Part shown: positions 12,540-25,045 of the stretch, piece after piece
Numbering within the stretch: the stretch's first letter is position 1
Layout of the letters: each line of letters opens with the position of its first letter
Notes under the pieces: generated by a model
What the model was told of the DNA's origin: nothing
What the model saw: only the letters and a program-made list of their open reading frames with translations
Databases searched by the model: none
Assembly: GCA_011109175.1 (NCBI GenBank)
Contig: RDEW01000005.1
Coordinates: 1,236,657 to 1,300,656 of the forward strand
Length of the DNA stretch: 64,000 nt
Reading direction: 5' to 3'
Source of the DNA: Dicyema japonicum
Lineage: Eukaryota; Animalia; Dicyemida
Made by a program: the position numbers and the translations under genes

Positions 12540-13420
12540 TCTGACAATAGGTATCGAGATAAGCTATGTATTCGTTGAAGTGTTTTATTCCGGAATTATC
12601 TGAACGGAAATTTTGACAGCAGAGTGCGAAAAGCACTGTTCAATTTCTGTTCGAGTTTTGACCGAAATCCGCGTTTGCTATTGAAGGTCTTTTAGCTAAT
12701 CGACTTTGATTGAATCCTTTGACCTTCAATAATATCGGTCTGTGATCAGAAGGAAGGTCATACACCACTGACCAGGACGTCTAGAGAGCAAATGGAGATA
12801 TCAGGGAGTTTTTAGATTCGTCTGTTCGTAAAGTTGTACGTGTATGTTGGAGATGGTCATTTTAGGACGATGAGGATTTTAATCTCCGACGAGACATGCT
12901 TTTTTCGTTGATCCAGTTTCCATCGACAGAAGATTCCTGCCATTAAAGTTCCCGCACACGATTATGTTCTTCAGGGACAAGATCCATGAGAGGTCAAGCT
13001 AGTATCCTTTGGAACAACTGGGAGGAGGGGGATTATACAGGTTTATGATTGTGTACACATTAGTGTTGATTGTTATCACCATCGAGATGACTCCAAATGG
13101 GCATCAAATAGAAATGTTGAGGGTGTTGATTAGGTTGTGTTAGTGAAGAGGATACTGTCACAAAAAAGTGTGATAACCCCTCCCCCATTTGTTCCATTAG
13201 GACGGTCCCTGCAAATGGATGAGTATTTCTTGAATTGAATCAAGCATTAGGACGTGGTGGTAACAATCGACTTTCCGTATTAATCCTATATCCACCTCGT
13301 GAGAGGATAAAAATTCCATAGGTTCGTCTCGTTTTCGAGAGATTCCGTTGATGTTTGGTTGCAGAATTGTTAGGTATTCAGATTGGCGGGTTAAGTTCGA
13401 TGTCTCCGAGAGGGCAAAAG
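12540..13420 (-). mobile_element. LINE APE endonuclease fragment
   Basis: 'LTILQPNINGISRKRDEPMEFLSSHEVDIGLI' and downstream 'VYDLPSDHRPILLK'. Confidence 0.75.
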
Positions 13421-13499
13421 ACTTATTGAATGGGCTAAGCGCCACCTTGAGATTACCCAAAAGGATCCAATTGAGAAGATCCCACGGGGAAGAAATTTT

Positions 13500-13960
13500 G
13501 ATCTTTTGGCCATCACCAGTTTTTCTAAGTCGGGTTATGTTTTAACAACTTTGATGTCATTTGACACATCCAATCTATTGCGGAATTTTGATTTGATGGT
13601 AAGTAGTGCTGAAACATTAGTGCTGACAGTTTCACAAAACAAGAATTCATCTTCAAAATCTTTGTCAGGTATATAACGAAACTTAGATAAGTTGGCAATA
13701 TCCGTGCTTTTATCAATTTGGATAGCAAAAATTGGAACATTGAATTTTATTCTTTGCGATTACAAAATATTCTTGGGGAGATCATTTATTCTTTTAATAA
13801 CAGTATCACTGGAAAGTGAAATATGCTTCAGAATATGAAGGTCAGAACTTCCTAACATGTTGGAAATGATATCTCTGTAACAATTATTATTAATAAAAAG
13901 CACTTTCACATAACCAAAGAACTTACATTAACTAAAGTCCCGTTTGTGCCACACGTTTCT
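13500..13960 (-). mobile_element. hAT (Buster/ZBED8-like) transposase C-terminal fragment
   Basis: 'CETVSTNVSALLTIKSKFRNRLDVSNDIKV' resembles the hAT dimerisation motif LCExGFSAL.IKTKYRxRL. Confidence 0.55.
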
Positions 13961-14099
13961 TCTAGGTCTTCTGCAGATTTAAGATTTCTTCTAATCCCAT
14001 TAAGATCCTTGTTCAAGCTACGGGTAGAGTGACTCTGGGTCTTCCTCTGAATGATAGTTTGTTCTCATTGTTAAAGTAATTGTCCATTATTATATTTGC

Positions 14100-14925
14100 A
14101 GGGGACCAACTGGTTCGAGCATGGAGGGGTGTCCGGCAGAGTCCAAAGCTCGCCTAACGATTTCTTTCAAGGCCATGTGTCTGGGAAATCTGCCTGCACA
14201 AGTCCATGTATATCTAATGTTTTTACGTTTTGCCAAAAACTTTAGTCAAAATTTAACTGTGATATAGTCATAAATGTAGTTTATAGATTGATACGAGCGT
14301 TTCTTGATTTTTGCTCATGGTCATATTTTGCAAAATTGGTTTTAAAACATTTGACTAAAATATAGAACAAACCCAGATCAAATTTAGGCTTTAAGATGGC
14401 AATACTCTCCCTATGCGGCCTTCTGCCGAGTGTTTGATACTTTAATATTTTAAAACAAATTTATTTAAACAAAAAAATTAAGCAAGACCAGAGTCCTTGG
14501 AAGCAAACTCGCCTCAAAAAGGTGTGAGCCACGGGAGGGACTCTGGTTGAGGCAGAGGCTCGAAATGGCGATTATCAGAAATAACGCCTTCGCCATTCTG
14601 TCGTCCTAATTAAGTGTTGAAAAATATTTTAAACATTCTGAATTGGTTGAATGGAATGGAGGGGTTTAAAGCTTTGAAGAGCAAATAGGGTTAACAACAA
14701 ACTTGAAAAATACATTTAATAAAACTTCGCCTCGTGGAGGTGAGCCACATCGAAATTTTATTACAATTCATTCGATGATTTTTTATTGTTCCGCTCGCTG
14801 GTGAAACGTTTGGTTCCCTTGCGCCTGCGACGCTGGAATTCTTGAGTCTTCTAGGGAATCGGATTTCTGCACGAACGGGAGATCCCCATGAATGCTGCTA
14901 GCTATTTGAGCGAATAATGCTGGAC
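14100..14925. mobile_element. Cluster of CRE-clade RLE fragments in both orientations
   Basis: Minus strand '[29 protein letters not shown]' (~14100-14210). Plus strand 'EPREGLWLRQRLEMAIIRNNAFAILSS*' (~14485-14610) and 'LEFLSLLGNRISARTGDPHE' (~14833-14925). Confidence 0.65.
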
Positions 14926-16214
14926 TTTCATTCTTTTGCGACAAATATTAATCTGGAAAATAAACAACGTTGAGAATTAATTTCTTATTGACTCAAAAAA
15001 ATCATCAAACTCATCCATTGAAGTCATTAATCTTCCTATGTGGGGAACATACCAGATTCCGTTCCGCTTTCACCTACACCTCTTGCTGGGACAATACTCT
15101 AATTTTGAATTTCTTCAAATCAGTACATAAGGTGTCCTGTTTAGTGTTCAAAGCGATCCCTCTGACGCTGAAAATTTTAATCGAAAAAGAAGTTGAGTAG
15201 ACAGACTGAGAATACGATAAAGATATTATAGAAAGCTGTTGACCACTCAACCAGCAGGAGAAATAAGATAATTATTATTAGTTTAGGAATATTTCCTGAC
15301 AGGTTATCCACCGTGTTCTTTCAATTTTGCACTGGAGGAGATTTGAACATCTTGTGAAGCTTCTTTTGTTCAAAACTTAGGGTTTCTAACGTCTCTGAGT
15401 TCGTCATCTCATTCATGTCCACGTGAAAAAGTAAAACAAGGGCTTTTATCCATCATAAAGTTAAGTAGACATTCTGCGTATTAGAGGTCCCCACCGCAAC
15501 CTCCAGACCAATATAATGAAATCCAAATATCTCCCCGATTTTCAACCAATAGCCATCAGCAAAGTTAAGAAACCCTGAACGGATGTTTTTTTATTATCGC
15601 GAAATTAAGCAAGTTCATCTTAGGATAGATAAGAAGTTCAATCCATATACCATCAGTACTTGATGTGAAAGTGGGAGATCTCTGGGAACGACCTGTTTGG
15701 GTGGCGCGTTTCCAAACGGTCGCGATCTTCCTACATGTTAGTGATGTTGAAGTTAACAAGTATATAAGTAGGGTCAAAAATAAAAGATAGTTTGAATTAC
15801 ATAGGTCCTGTCTCTAAGGGGCTGCACTCCTCACTGGGGTCCCTCCTTAACCAGTCAATTATATAACCAAGTTCTTTTGATATTCCAGAATTTTGTTTAT
15901 ACTTGATATCCTTCGTTTTCCTTGGGGTATATCTCCCAAGATTTTATTTATTTGAATTGCTCGTGGTGTTTTCCATATTTCAATTGACTCCAAAGCCATC
16001 ATAGTTAGACTTTAAATCAACATGGCCTTTGCATTTTTGTGCTCACTCCATGCCCTTAAATCTCACGGTTATAAATACCAAAATATTAAAAATTTTCAGT
16101 TTACTAACATATATTTAATTTTATCGAAAATTATAAGGATAATAAAAATATTAAAAATTGGTTATTAAAATAATAAATTAGACAACAAATAATCTCATAA
16201 ATTAGAATAAGTAA

Positions 16215-18675
16215 TCAATTCCCTAGATTTTCTATCAATATCATTACAGTAAACCAACACCCTCTCACTACTCTCAACCTACGATACAAACACTCAACCA
16301 ACCTGCAAACAATAAAGGGCTGCTTCTATTGCATGCTTAACCCCAATATAAAGCGAATTCACTGAGAAATACTTCTCAATCTGATTTAACTGGTTCAATG
16401 TAAAGACATTCAATGTTTTGATAACAGTCACGAGGGATATCACATCGCTAATAGTGGGAACATTAACAATTTTTGTGGCCTTTATGGCAAAGTTCAGAGA
16501 CCTGAGTCCTCTATACAGCTAGTAGTCATTATCAAGAGCAGTCTGTTATTCTAATCACTAAAACAAAAAATATGACCTTTTCCGATATTTCCGTGGCCTT
16601 TGAGATTATCATTTGCATTATAGGATTGGAAAAACGCACCCCATTAGCAATGTATTCGATAATCAGTTCAACCTCGTCGATTATTATACAGCTGAGAGGA
16701 CACCTTCTGGCATCATCAAACATCTTTTGGATGTGTCCGCATTTCCAAGAGTCTGTGTTTCCCACCAATCTAGATGAAGTCAGTACACGTGTGAATTTGA
16801 ACCCCGCATCGAGGGCAATCTTGGCTGCCAAAGCCGTTTTCCCAGACCCAGGTATCCCTATAAATAAATTGAGAACTCTACCAGCCAGAATCATCCAATT
16901 AGTGTATCCTCGTTTGTCTTCAACAACACAGGCTTTGGCAGCCATGGATCCACTCTTTATGATGTCTTCAATTTCGCTCGTCCAGTCAATAATCGGGTGC
17001 TGAATGAACCGCGAACATATCAAAGACGAGGACCCAAAGGCCTTTGAATGAAATATGTAATACAGGTTGCAAGTCCGGCTGTTCAAAAGAGAACCGGATG
17101 TCGTCCATGCTCACCATCAGCTGGTCGAGAGCAGCTCGGTTGTCCGTTTTTGTGAGGTGCACATTACGGGACATTGCTTGGGTAATGGCGCTCTGCACAA
17201 CTCCTTCAATCTCAGCTCCAGTGAAATTTTCAGATTTTCTAACTAACTCGTCCATGTCAATATCTGAGCCCAGTTTGTTGTTCTTCCGCAATCCGTCAGG
17301 TAAATGTCAAAGATTTGGCGTCTTCCAGCCTCGTTTGGAAGACCAATCTCAATGTGGACCCCCAGGCGGGAGGGGACGTAGCAAGGCGGGGTCAATCAGG
17401 TCCTTTCTATTGGTCATCCCCACAATCAGGATATTGTTCAGCTGGTTCACCCCATCGAGCACTGTTAGAAGTTGATTAACCAGCGAGTCCATCACCCCCG
17501 CAGAACCAGACTAAAAATAAGTTAATTCACCCACCACAGTCCCCCGTTCCTTACAAATGGCGTCAATCTCGTCAAAAATGACCACATGAAGAGCACTTTC
17601 TGCACCAAGCTAGAGGAAAATACAGCCAAACCAACCTTATCTTGTTCCAAGACAGCTTCAGCGAATATCTTCCTCATATTGGACTCGCTCTCACCGACAT
17701 ACTTGCTCAGAAGTTCAGGACCATTCACAACCTTCACAGCCCTGGCGTTGAGCATCTTCGCTATCGTCCTGAAATAAGTAGCTAACAAACCTCGCCAACG
17801 CAGTTTTCCCCGTCCCAGGTGGGCCATACAACAGAATCCCACGAGTGTGTTTCATGGCTTAAATAAACACGGAAAATACATAGAATGTCGCACACATTCG
17901 AAGGGTAAAGACGGGAGACGAAAGCTCGCTTGAATATCGTCTCAAATTGGTCTGAAAGTCCTCCAATTCCCATCTTCATCAGGTCCCAGTCGGAGTCGAT
18001 CACCGCTTTCACGGGAGCCTTAGAGTTTTGGTAACTTCCCTTGAGTCTCAGGAGTGGAGTCTCAGCACAGGACTCGAACATAATGATAGTGCTGGCTGTG
18101 AACTGACCGTAACTGATCTCATTCTCGTCGTTTCCACCTAAAATTACCAACCATACACCTTTGAGAGATTTTACCGTCAGAAGCATGGGTTTTCCGTTAA
18201 AGTTGATTAAAACCGGAAGACTCACATTAAGCATTAGGCCATTGTACTGCTCCGCTAGTAAAAAAAGCAACCCATCAGTTTCGACGAAAATCTCCTCTTT
18301 TCTGGAGATATTTTACTTGGCTTACATTTTGTTCACAAGTTTGACCTCCATCACCGCGCGTGCTACTCTGTCCTCTATTTTAGGAACAAATTCCTCGAGG
18401 ATGACCTCGTCATTTATTTTGGTACTGAAAAATTTCCTCTAAAATGAGAATTGATGAAACCATTGGCCCAGAAATGCAGACAGTTCCCTCTTTTACGTTT
18501 TTTGACTCTCTCAGGGACAATACAAGCTTGCTTCCAACATTTACGAATGTTGCTTTGCATCTTTACTAGGTTAAAAAACATACTGTGATATATTTGTCGA
18601 ATTTCCATAGATAGTTAGCGTGTTGTAATAGCTCATTTTGTCATTGACGCAGGAGTCTACTTTGAACTTGCCCAT
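16215..18675 (-). CDS. NSF: Vesicle-fusing ATPase NSF/Sec18 (multi-exon, ~11 mini-introns)
   Basis: N-domain, MGIGGL, D1 Walker [67 protein letters not shown]2 [12 protein letters not shown]. Introns 21-26 nt; a few apparent indels. Confidence 0.95.
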
Positions 18676-19027
18676 GAGGCCCATTTTCTCACAATGCTAC
18701 AAGATACAAAAGATTTTATTTATTGTTATATATATTTACTTTTTAATTGAATTTTATTATTTATTTTCTAAAATAACTTTTATTTGTGAATATAAATAAA
18801 TTTATGATAAACTAATTAAAGTAGAAACTGCACGGATTTGAAATGAAATGAAAATGAATTAAACAAAATTCAATAGGTGGGTGCCAATGGTGCTACTTTC
18901 ATGTTCTCAAGTCGGATGAGTTTCAAGGCGAGGATCCACATTACAAGGGCCACATTGCTAGACGAAGGAACCTATTGCACTGCATGAAATCTCTCAAGGG
19001 GAAGAAACGTATTACAAGTCGATTGAA

Positions 19028-19098
19028 CTTATTCTACAAGACGAAGGAACATATTCTACAAGAACGAAGGAACATATTCTACAAGAACGAAGGAATTT
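19028..19098. repeat. 23-bp minisatellite (~3 copies)
   Basis: Unit aacatattctacaagaacgaagg, with decayed copies upstream to ~18940. Confidence 0.85.
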
Positions 19099-19157
19099 TT
19101 TGGGGGACCCAGTAGCCATAGGGTCAAAATCTCCGGATATTTTCAAAGTTGGACCTA

Positions 19158-19400
19158 GTACCCACACCAATTGATCCCTACATTCGTATCCGGGTCTACA
19201 CGTGACTTTGTTACCCAGACCATTGATCCCTACAGTACCTGGGACTACTGTGGAAGTACATACTGGAGTTGAGACCTACAGTGGGGTACCCACACCAATT
19301 GTTCCCTACATTCGAATTGGGATCTACATGGGACTTGTTAACCACATCATCGGTCCTCATAGGACGGCTTGGGCCCACTGTGGAAGAACATACTGGGAAA
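19158..19400. repeat. ~129-bp degenerate tandem duplication
   Basis: 'gtacccacaccaattg(a/t)tccctacattcg' at 19158 and 19287; both units end 'tggg...actgtggaag(t/a)acatactgg'. Confidence 0.75.
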
Positions 19401-19936
19401 GGATTTATCATAAAGATTAAATAAATTTAAATGAGTTCTTTGTGGTAATGTGGAACATTAAACTTGGTGTTTTTGTTGAGCATCATTGTGGTCGTAATTA
19501 GATTTATAAGCATATCACATTTGATCGGTTAGTCCACTGATTAATTGATCGAAAGATAATCTTATGCCGAAGTTCTGGTAAGGTCAATTTTCTTCATCTC
19601 CTCAAATGTATGTAATTTCTTATTTTCTTTCTTAAAAGATTTTGAAACGACGAATTTTCAAATACAACAATATCTTGGCTTGAAGTCCGTCTGGCAAAAA
19701 TTGATAAAACTTTTTTGTCTCTTTGAGGAAGAACAAGGGAATCTTTAGTTATTAATTTTCTTTGACTCTAATGTGCTTATTCATAATTTAATTAAGCTAA
19801 ACAAATATAATATGAATTCGCAGGTCTAATTTTTATGAATATACATTTAATTACTGAATATGACTCCCGTTAATCGGTCACAGCATAGCAAGGCAATATC
19901 ATGTAGCTGAATATGCTAGCTAGTCTTTATTTAAGC

Positions 19937-20392
19937 CAACATTGGGATAGTATGGCATTTTTTGCCTAAAATGCCATTTATCAGGCCATAAAGGCTGCCG
20001 CCCGGAGCAAAATGGTGTAGGGGCAGCAGATCCAAGCCTGTGGAACGGACTTTTTTGACGGGAAAGGAGCGATTGGACATGAAAGTAAGTGAATTTTTGT
20101 TTGTTGTTTAATTAAATAATGATACACCTCACTCTTTCATGATCCTTTATTTATTCACTCTCATGTCTGATAACAACATCTGTATAGTTTATTTAGTCAT
20201 GATTTTTTAAAAATAGTAATTATAAGGGGAATCATTATCGTACACTAGCCCGGGCAGCAGAAAGCTTTGGTACGCCCCTGTATAGATGCCATTTTAGATT
20301 TTATAGGCACAATTCGTTTTAGTCGGAAATGCGAACATTATTATTACATTAATTCGTTTTAGTTGCCATAAATGCCATACTATTCCTTGTTG
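19937..20392. mobile_element. MITE with TIRs, containing a nested hAT-like MITE (~19982-20280)
   Basis: Outer TIRs caacattgggatagtatggcattt / reverse complement caacaaggaatagtatggcattt. Inner element cagg...gccgcccgg / cccgggcagc...ggtacgcccctg. Confidence 0.65.
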
Positions 20393-20699
20393 TACCAAGT
20401 TCGTAACATCAAAATTTACATTAACAATACCTATTTTTCGTTGGCTTTTCCGTAAATTTACTTTAATATCAGTTTTAAATTATTGGTCTTTTGCGATCAG
20501 GTTTCCATTTTTTTAGCTTATTTGTAAAAAAAACTATATTTTTTAATGGAAAATGTAATATTTTAATTTATTTTCTATCACTTTTTTTAAGAAAAAAACA
20601 ATTTACTAAGTAACAAGAAAATCAAAATATCAATGGGAGACCACAGACGTTGGATTAACTGCGGGAACTGGATTACCTAGAAGTTGGATGGTTCGATTG

Positions 20700-21451
20700 A
20701 CGTATTTTATGTCTTTCTTCCCGGGGTTCTAAATAAAAATAATTAAATAATCCAGCTGATAGGGTGGAATGGATGTTTCCTCTGACAACTGCCAGAAAAA
20801 TCCTTTGGAACTGTCATTTGGATTGCCGACGCTCATTACTAACTTTCGATATCATTGACCCAAGCGATCTTAGAAAAGAGACAGTCTTTGAGCCCGAAGA
20901 CTCCTCTCGTCTCGACAACAACGGGCTGTACATGGAATCTGGTAGAGAGGCTGTCGTATTTTTTTATCTTGAAATTCTCGAAAGTCCGAACTGTCTCCCA
21001 GCTTTCACCTCGGAATCAGCAAGTCTCGACTGGGAAAAGGTGTCGGTGCAGGCCCCATCGAAAATCGATCATTTTTCCCAAGAGATTGGGAAGACAGTTA
21101 CCACGTCCGGGCGAACGGCATGGATGAAGCTACCACATGTCGATCCCGAGACTGAGAGATATCCCATTTTGGAGGGTGTACTGTTCCAGAAGGGAACCAA
21201 TTTTTATCACTATTTTGAAATTTTATTGTTAATTGGGGCTTCTGAGTTTCCATCGATCTTCGACGATTATCCTCGATAACTTCCTGACCGTATTTAAGGA
21301 ATACAATCTTCTGGCTGAACTCCTTCTTGGTTACTGGTCTCCGATAACGGTATGAAATGTGTCCAAATAATCCCCACCGGGTGTTGGTAATAATTGTATC
21401 CAAGTGCTTTGATTTGCGAACTGTGTATAGGTCTTGGTTTTTTATAACCAT
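20700..21451 (-). mobile_element. Fused RTE-like 3' fragment and CRE RLE fragment
   Basis: 'TRWGLFGHISYR' (RTE-like C-terminus) and 'KKYDSLSTRFHVQPVVVETRGVFG...LAVVRG' (CRE RLE). Confidence 0.6.
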
Positions 21452-21643
21452 TTTCTATGAAAAGTATTCAAGTTATCAACACATGTCCGAGATAGTCCCC
21501 ACGTAGTGGAAATAGTTCTAAATTTTTAAGGCTGTAAAAGTGACAAAATGTGTAAATTAGAGTAAAATTATTATATCCTCTAAAATATAAATAAATATAT
21601 AAATTAAATATATCTTTGAAATTTAAAAGGCGGGTCAAGTGAC

Positions 21644-23227
21644 ATGGAATTTGCCAACGAATCAAATATTGATTCTCTACATTACAACAGCAGCACAAAC
21701 ATCAATTTCTACAACACCTACCCAAATGGTTCCGTGAGTTTGGAGCAATTCAAAAATTTGGCAATCGAGAGACTTAGAAGTAACCTTTAACAAAAATTCC
21801 AGTACTACGAGTTTTTGAAGAGGTTTCCGCAAAGACCGCTGGCAAACCACGTTCCGAATTCAATAAACAACTCGAAATTTCAATGAAAAACAAGCGTATC
21901 AACAATTGGCGAACTCTTGTGGTAGGAGTGTTCTTAATCTTCAGTTTGGCGTTGAACAGAGCAACGATTCCGCAAAAATTGAAAGAGAGAGGGAAAAAGA
22001 CTTGGTTTCTCATTTTATCCTTAGGCTAGCCTTTTCAAAAAGGTTAATAATTGTCATTATTTTAGTGAGCACGTGCGTCGATGGTTCATTTCCAATGAAT
22101 TAGAACTATTCCGATATCGAATCAACGCCCTTTCCCACGATTCCCAGTCCTTCAACCTCTTCTTAAATTCAAATGTCGTCGGTTATCACTCGATTCCTGC
22201 AAATTCACACGACGAGGCTATCGATACGATCCCTGAGGAAGTCAGACAAGCCTTCTTCCGAAATGCTGCTCGAATTTACCTTGTTGCTATTTCTAGTCAA
22301 ATTTAGGTGCCTTTTGAAGATGCCTCCGATTTGGTGAGCAAACGTGCCGTGGTTGTACGGAACGGGACCGCATTCCTATCCCAATTTCAACTGATACCGA
22401 CGATCTGCGCTCGTTTTAGAACAAATTTGTCCCTGTCACTGGCGGTTTGTTATTTTTACTATTTGAGTCTCTTTCGCATGTCAATTTGTTTGACGAGGAC
22501 GACCGGATAGTTCCTATTCTGGAGGAGTTGAGTATGGACTACCTGGAAAACACGGAAATGCCGGCCAAGGGAGCAATTATCAGAGCTTCTCAAGTGAATC
22601 AGGTGGGAGTAGTCGAAATTTTAGATTGCCCACCAATTCCCGCTTTGCATGAGGATTATGCATGAGTTTGTGAGGGAACATCATCATTTGCGTCATTGGG
22701 GACGAATGCAGTACGGACTGTTTCTAAAATCAATTGGACTCCCACTGGAGGAATCGTTGAAGTTCTGGAAGGATGAGTTTACGAAGGGTATGGAACCCGA
22801 CAAAGTTTGATCATTGTTTTATCGTAGTTTGATCGGAACTACTCTTATTCGATCCGACATAACTACGGTCAGGAAGGGAAGAGGACAAGCTACACGCCTT
22901 ACTCTTGCATGAGGATCATTTCATCTACAGGACCATCAGTGGGAGACTGTCATGGTTGTGTGTCTGTTGATTGGAGGGTGTCCTTTCAAACACTTTGATA
23001 TAGAATCGTTGAAAATGGAATTGAGTAAGAGGATTGGGGGAACTTCTGTTGATAGAGTATATGTTTGTTTTATGCAGATTCTGGAGAAGACGAAAGCTCA
23101 GCACTATCAGGTTTCATGCGGAATGTTTTTGGCCGCTGAAATAGGTTCGGCTGATTTAGTCGATTTTATTCCCAACCAGCCGAGTGACTACTATAAGGAG
23201 TATATTGATAAGAAATTGAAAAAATGA
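21644..23227 (+). CDS. PRIM2: DNA primase large subunit (10 exons)
   Basis: [83 protein letters not shown] (Fe-S cysteines). Nine GT-AG introns of 21-24 nt. Confidence 0.96.
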
Positions 23228-23754
23228 CTCATTTGTAATTAATACTATTTCTAGTGTTTGAGTGGGAAGTTTTGAGAATTTATATTATTTAGATAACCAT
23301 TACCTAACCAAATCTTAATTATCTCTAACCTGAAAGCTACTTGGATATATTTTACGGCGTTTTGATTGAAGATTTCTGCTTGTTTCTTCTGTTCCTCCTT
23401 TTCTAATAGAGTGGAGTCAAGTGATTGATCTGTCTCAGGAGGCGTCCGAGTGACACGCAAAAGGTCATTCATTTTCTCCCACTCCACGGAGGGGTTCCTA
23501 CAACTGAAAGGAATGGACTTTTCTATATTTTATTCTGGTTCTGGATGTACTTGTGAGACATTGGAAGGACTATGGTAATGCCGTAGTTAACTTCTTTCTC
23601 GGTGTATCTGGGGTTAATAACAAAAGCTACCTATAGGATTCCCCCATCCTAGGCACTACTTAATGACCTCTCTAAATAATGAATAAATTTTTATTAACAC
23701 GGAAATAGGTTAAATGTAAGTGAGTAGTAGAAATTCCTGATTAACTTTTTATGC

Positions 23755-23895
23755 AGGAAGGTGGCCCTGTACGAGCTTGTGTGGGTACGAGGGAGGAGCA
23801 CCGGGAAAGAATGATGATTTTGGCGGAGCGCATCGGGATCACGTGATAGTTAGTTTTGGTTTTACCGTGGTCTTGGGTGTTAAATAAATATAACC
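23755..23895 (+). mobile_element. 5'-truncated LINE 3' end
   Basis: Matches 11905-11995 and 7490-7575, ending 'gggatcacgtgatagttagttttgg...aaataaatata'. Confidence 0.7.
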
Positions 23896-24709
23896 GTTTG
23901 TTACACTAACATTTTCTTTGTAATATCTCAATGAGTTATTTTCTGAATGACACTCAAGACCGTACTTGTTGTGATAGGCATGATGTCCAAGTATCGAAAA
24001 AGAACTCATTTCTTCCATAACCAGAAAGTTAATAAAAAATAGGAACGAAAAAACTAAAATGTTTTCTTTCTGCCATATTCCTTTACTAAAGATTTTCTGC
24101 CTCCTTCGTTGATGGAATGGATTATACCCTCATGGGTTTTTAACATTTGAGTTTATGTTAATTGTGAGACCTTCTTTTATTGAGCCGGCCATTGTAATAT
24201 TTCTTTCACGACCACTTTGTAGAGCTAATAAAAACGAATAGAAACGAAAAACTTAACGTCATCATTCTCAATGATCCTTTATTTTCTCATACTCTTCCTT
24301 TATTTTTTCAGGCATATGGGGAGACTTACGAACTAGAGCTCGTATGACAGGTAACCAGTCCAGCATATCACATAATACAACAGGAGCGGAGCAAAGAATG
24401 TTATGCAAATGCTTAATAATCAGGCTTATCGTTGATTTACTGTCTTTCCTCGTATAAAAATGTTATTGTTGATTATCTCCTAATCGGGAAGGTATCAAAC
24501 TGATTTTTTTTAAATAACTGTTTAACAAACTGAATTTGTTTTACAAATTCTAAAATATGTTTTCGTAATGTGATATGATGGAGATTGTTAAGAATCCACA
24601 TAAGTTCCTCTAAGTGAGTCCAAGACAGAAAATCCTTTCAAGAAGAGATAACAAGGTTTGATGTAGTTGTCTAGGCGTCCAAGTTCTACTTTAAATTATT
24701 CCAAAGACC

Positions 24710-24990
24710 AAGGGTAAAACCAAACTAACTAATTCCTTGATCCTGACGCATTCTAGTAGAACCCTCACCCAAGCACAGTGATCCATAGGATGTTGTACGA
24801 GGAACTGAGGTCGATTCCAGAACTCGTCGCCTGGGAGCGAAATTGTCTCCCGGTGGAATAAATAAATTGATCCTTTTGAATGCCGACCAGGCATTGGGTG
24901 CCTCCTGAGTAAGGTGGATCCAATAACACCACCAGAGGAAGAAAGAGAAATCTTCGATCAAGTAACCACATGGTACCACGTGTCCATTGA
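24710..24990 (+). mobile_element. CR1-like LINE 3' fragment (family also at ~1-250 +, 31950-32120 +, 38115-38310 -, 48430-48700 +)
   Basis: Clear nucleotide similarity among copies; peptide 'SEIVSRWNK' resembles the CR1 'RVV..WN.L' motif. Confidence 0.5.
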
Positions 24991-25045
24991 TGACTCATTT
25001 ATCATATAGAAAGGGAATCTGAGAAAATATCGAAGTATAACTTAA

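Noticed and set aside
16572-17475. Long plus-strand ORFs (also 4316-4627, 20764-21279, 30793-31071)
   Set aside because: These are antisense shadows of NSF, CHMP2A or TE coding sequence, with no independent motifs.
19028-19098. CRISPR-like short repeats
   Set aside because: The repeats are head-to-tail with no unique spacers, there are no cas genes, and the context is eukaryotic.
24078-24100. U5 snRNA loop-1-like 'cctttactaaagattt'
   Set aside because: The complementary 5' stem (AAATCTTT) and a downstream Sm site are missing, and it lies in retroelement debris.
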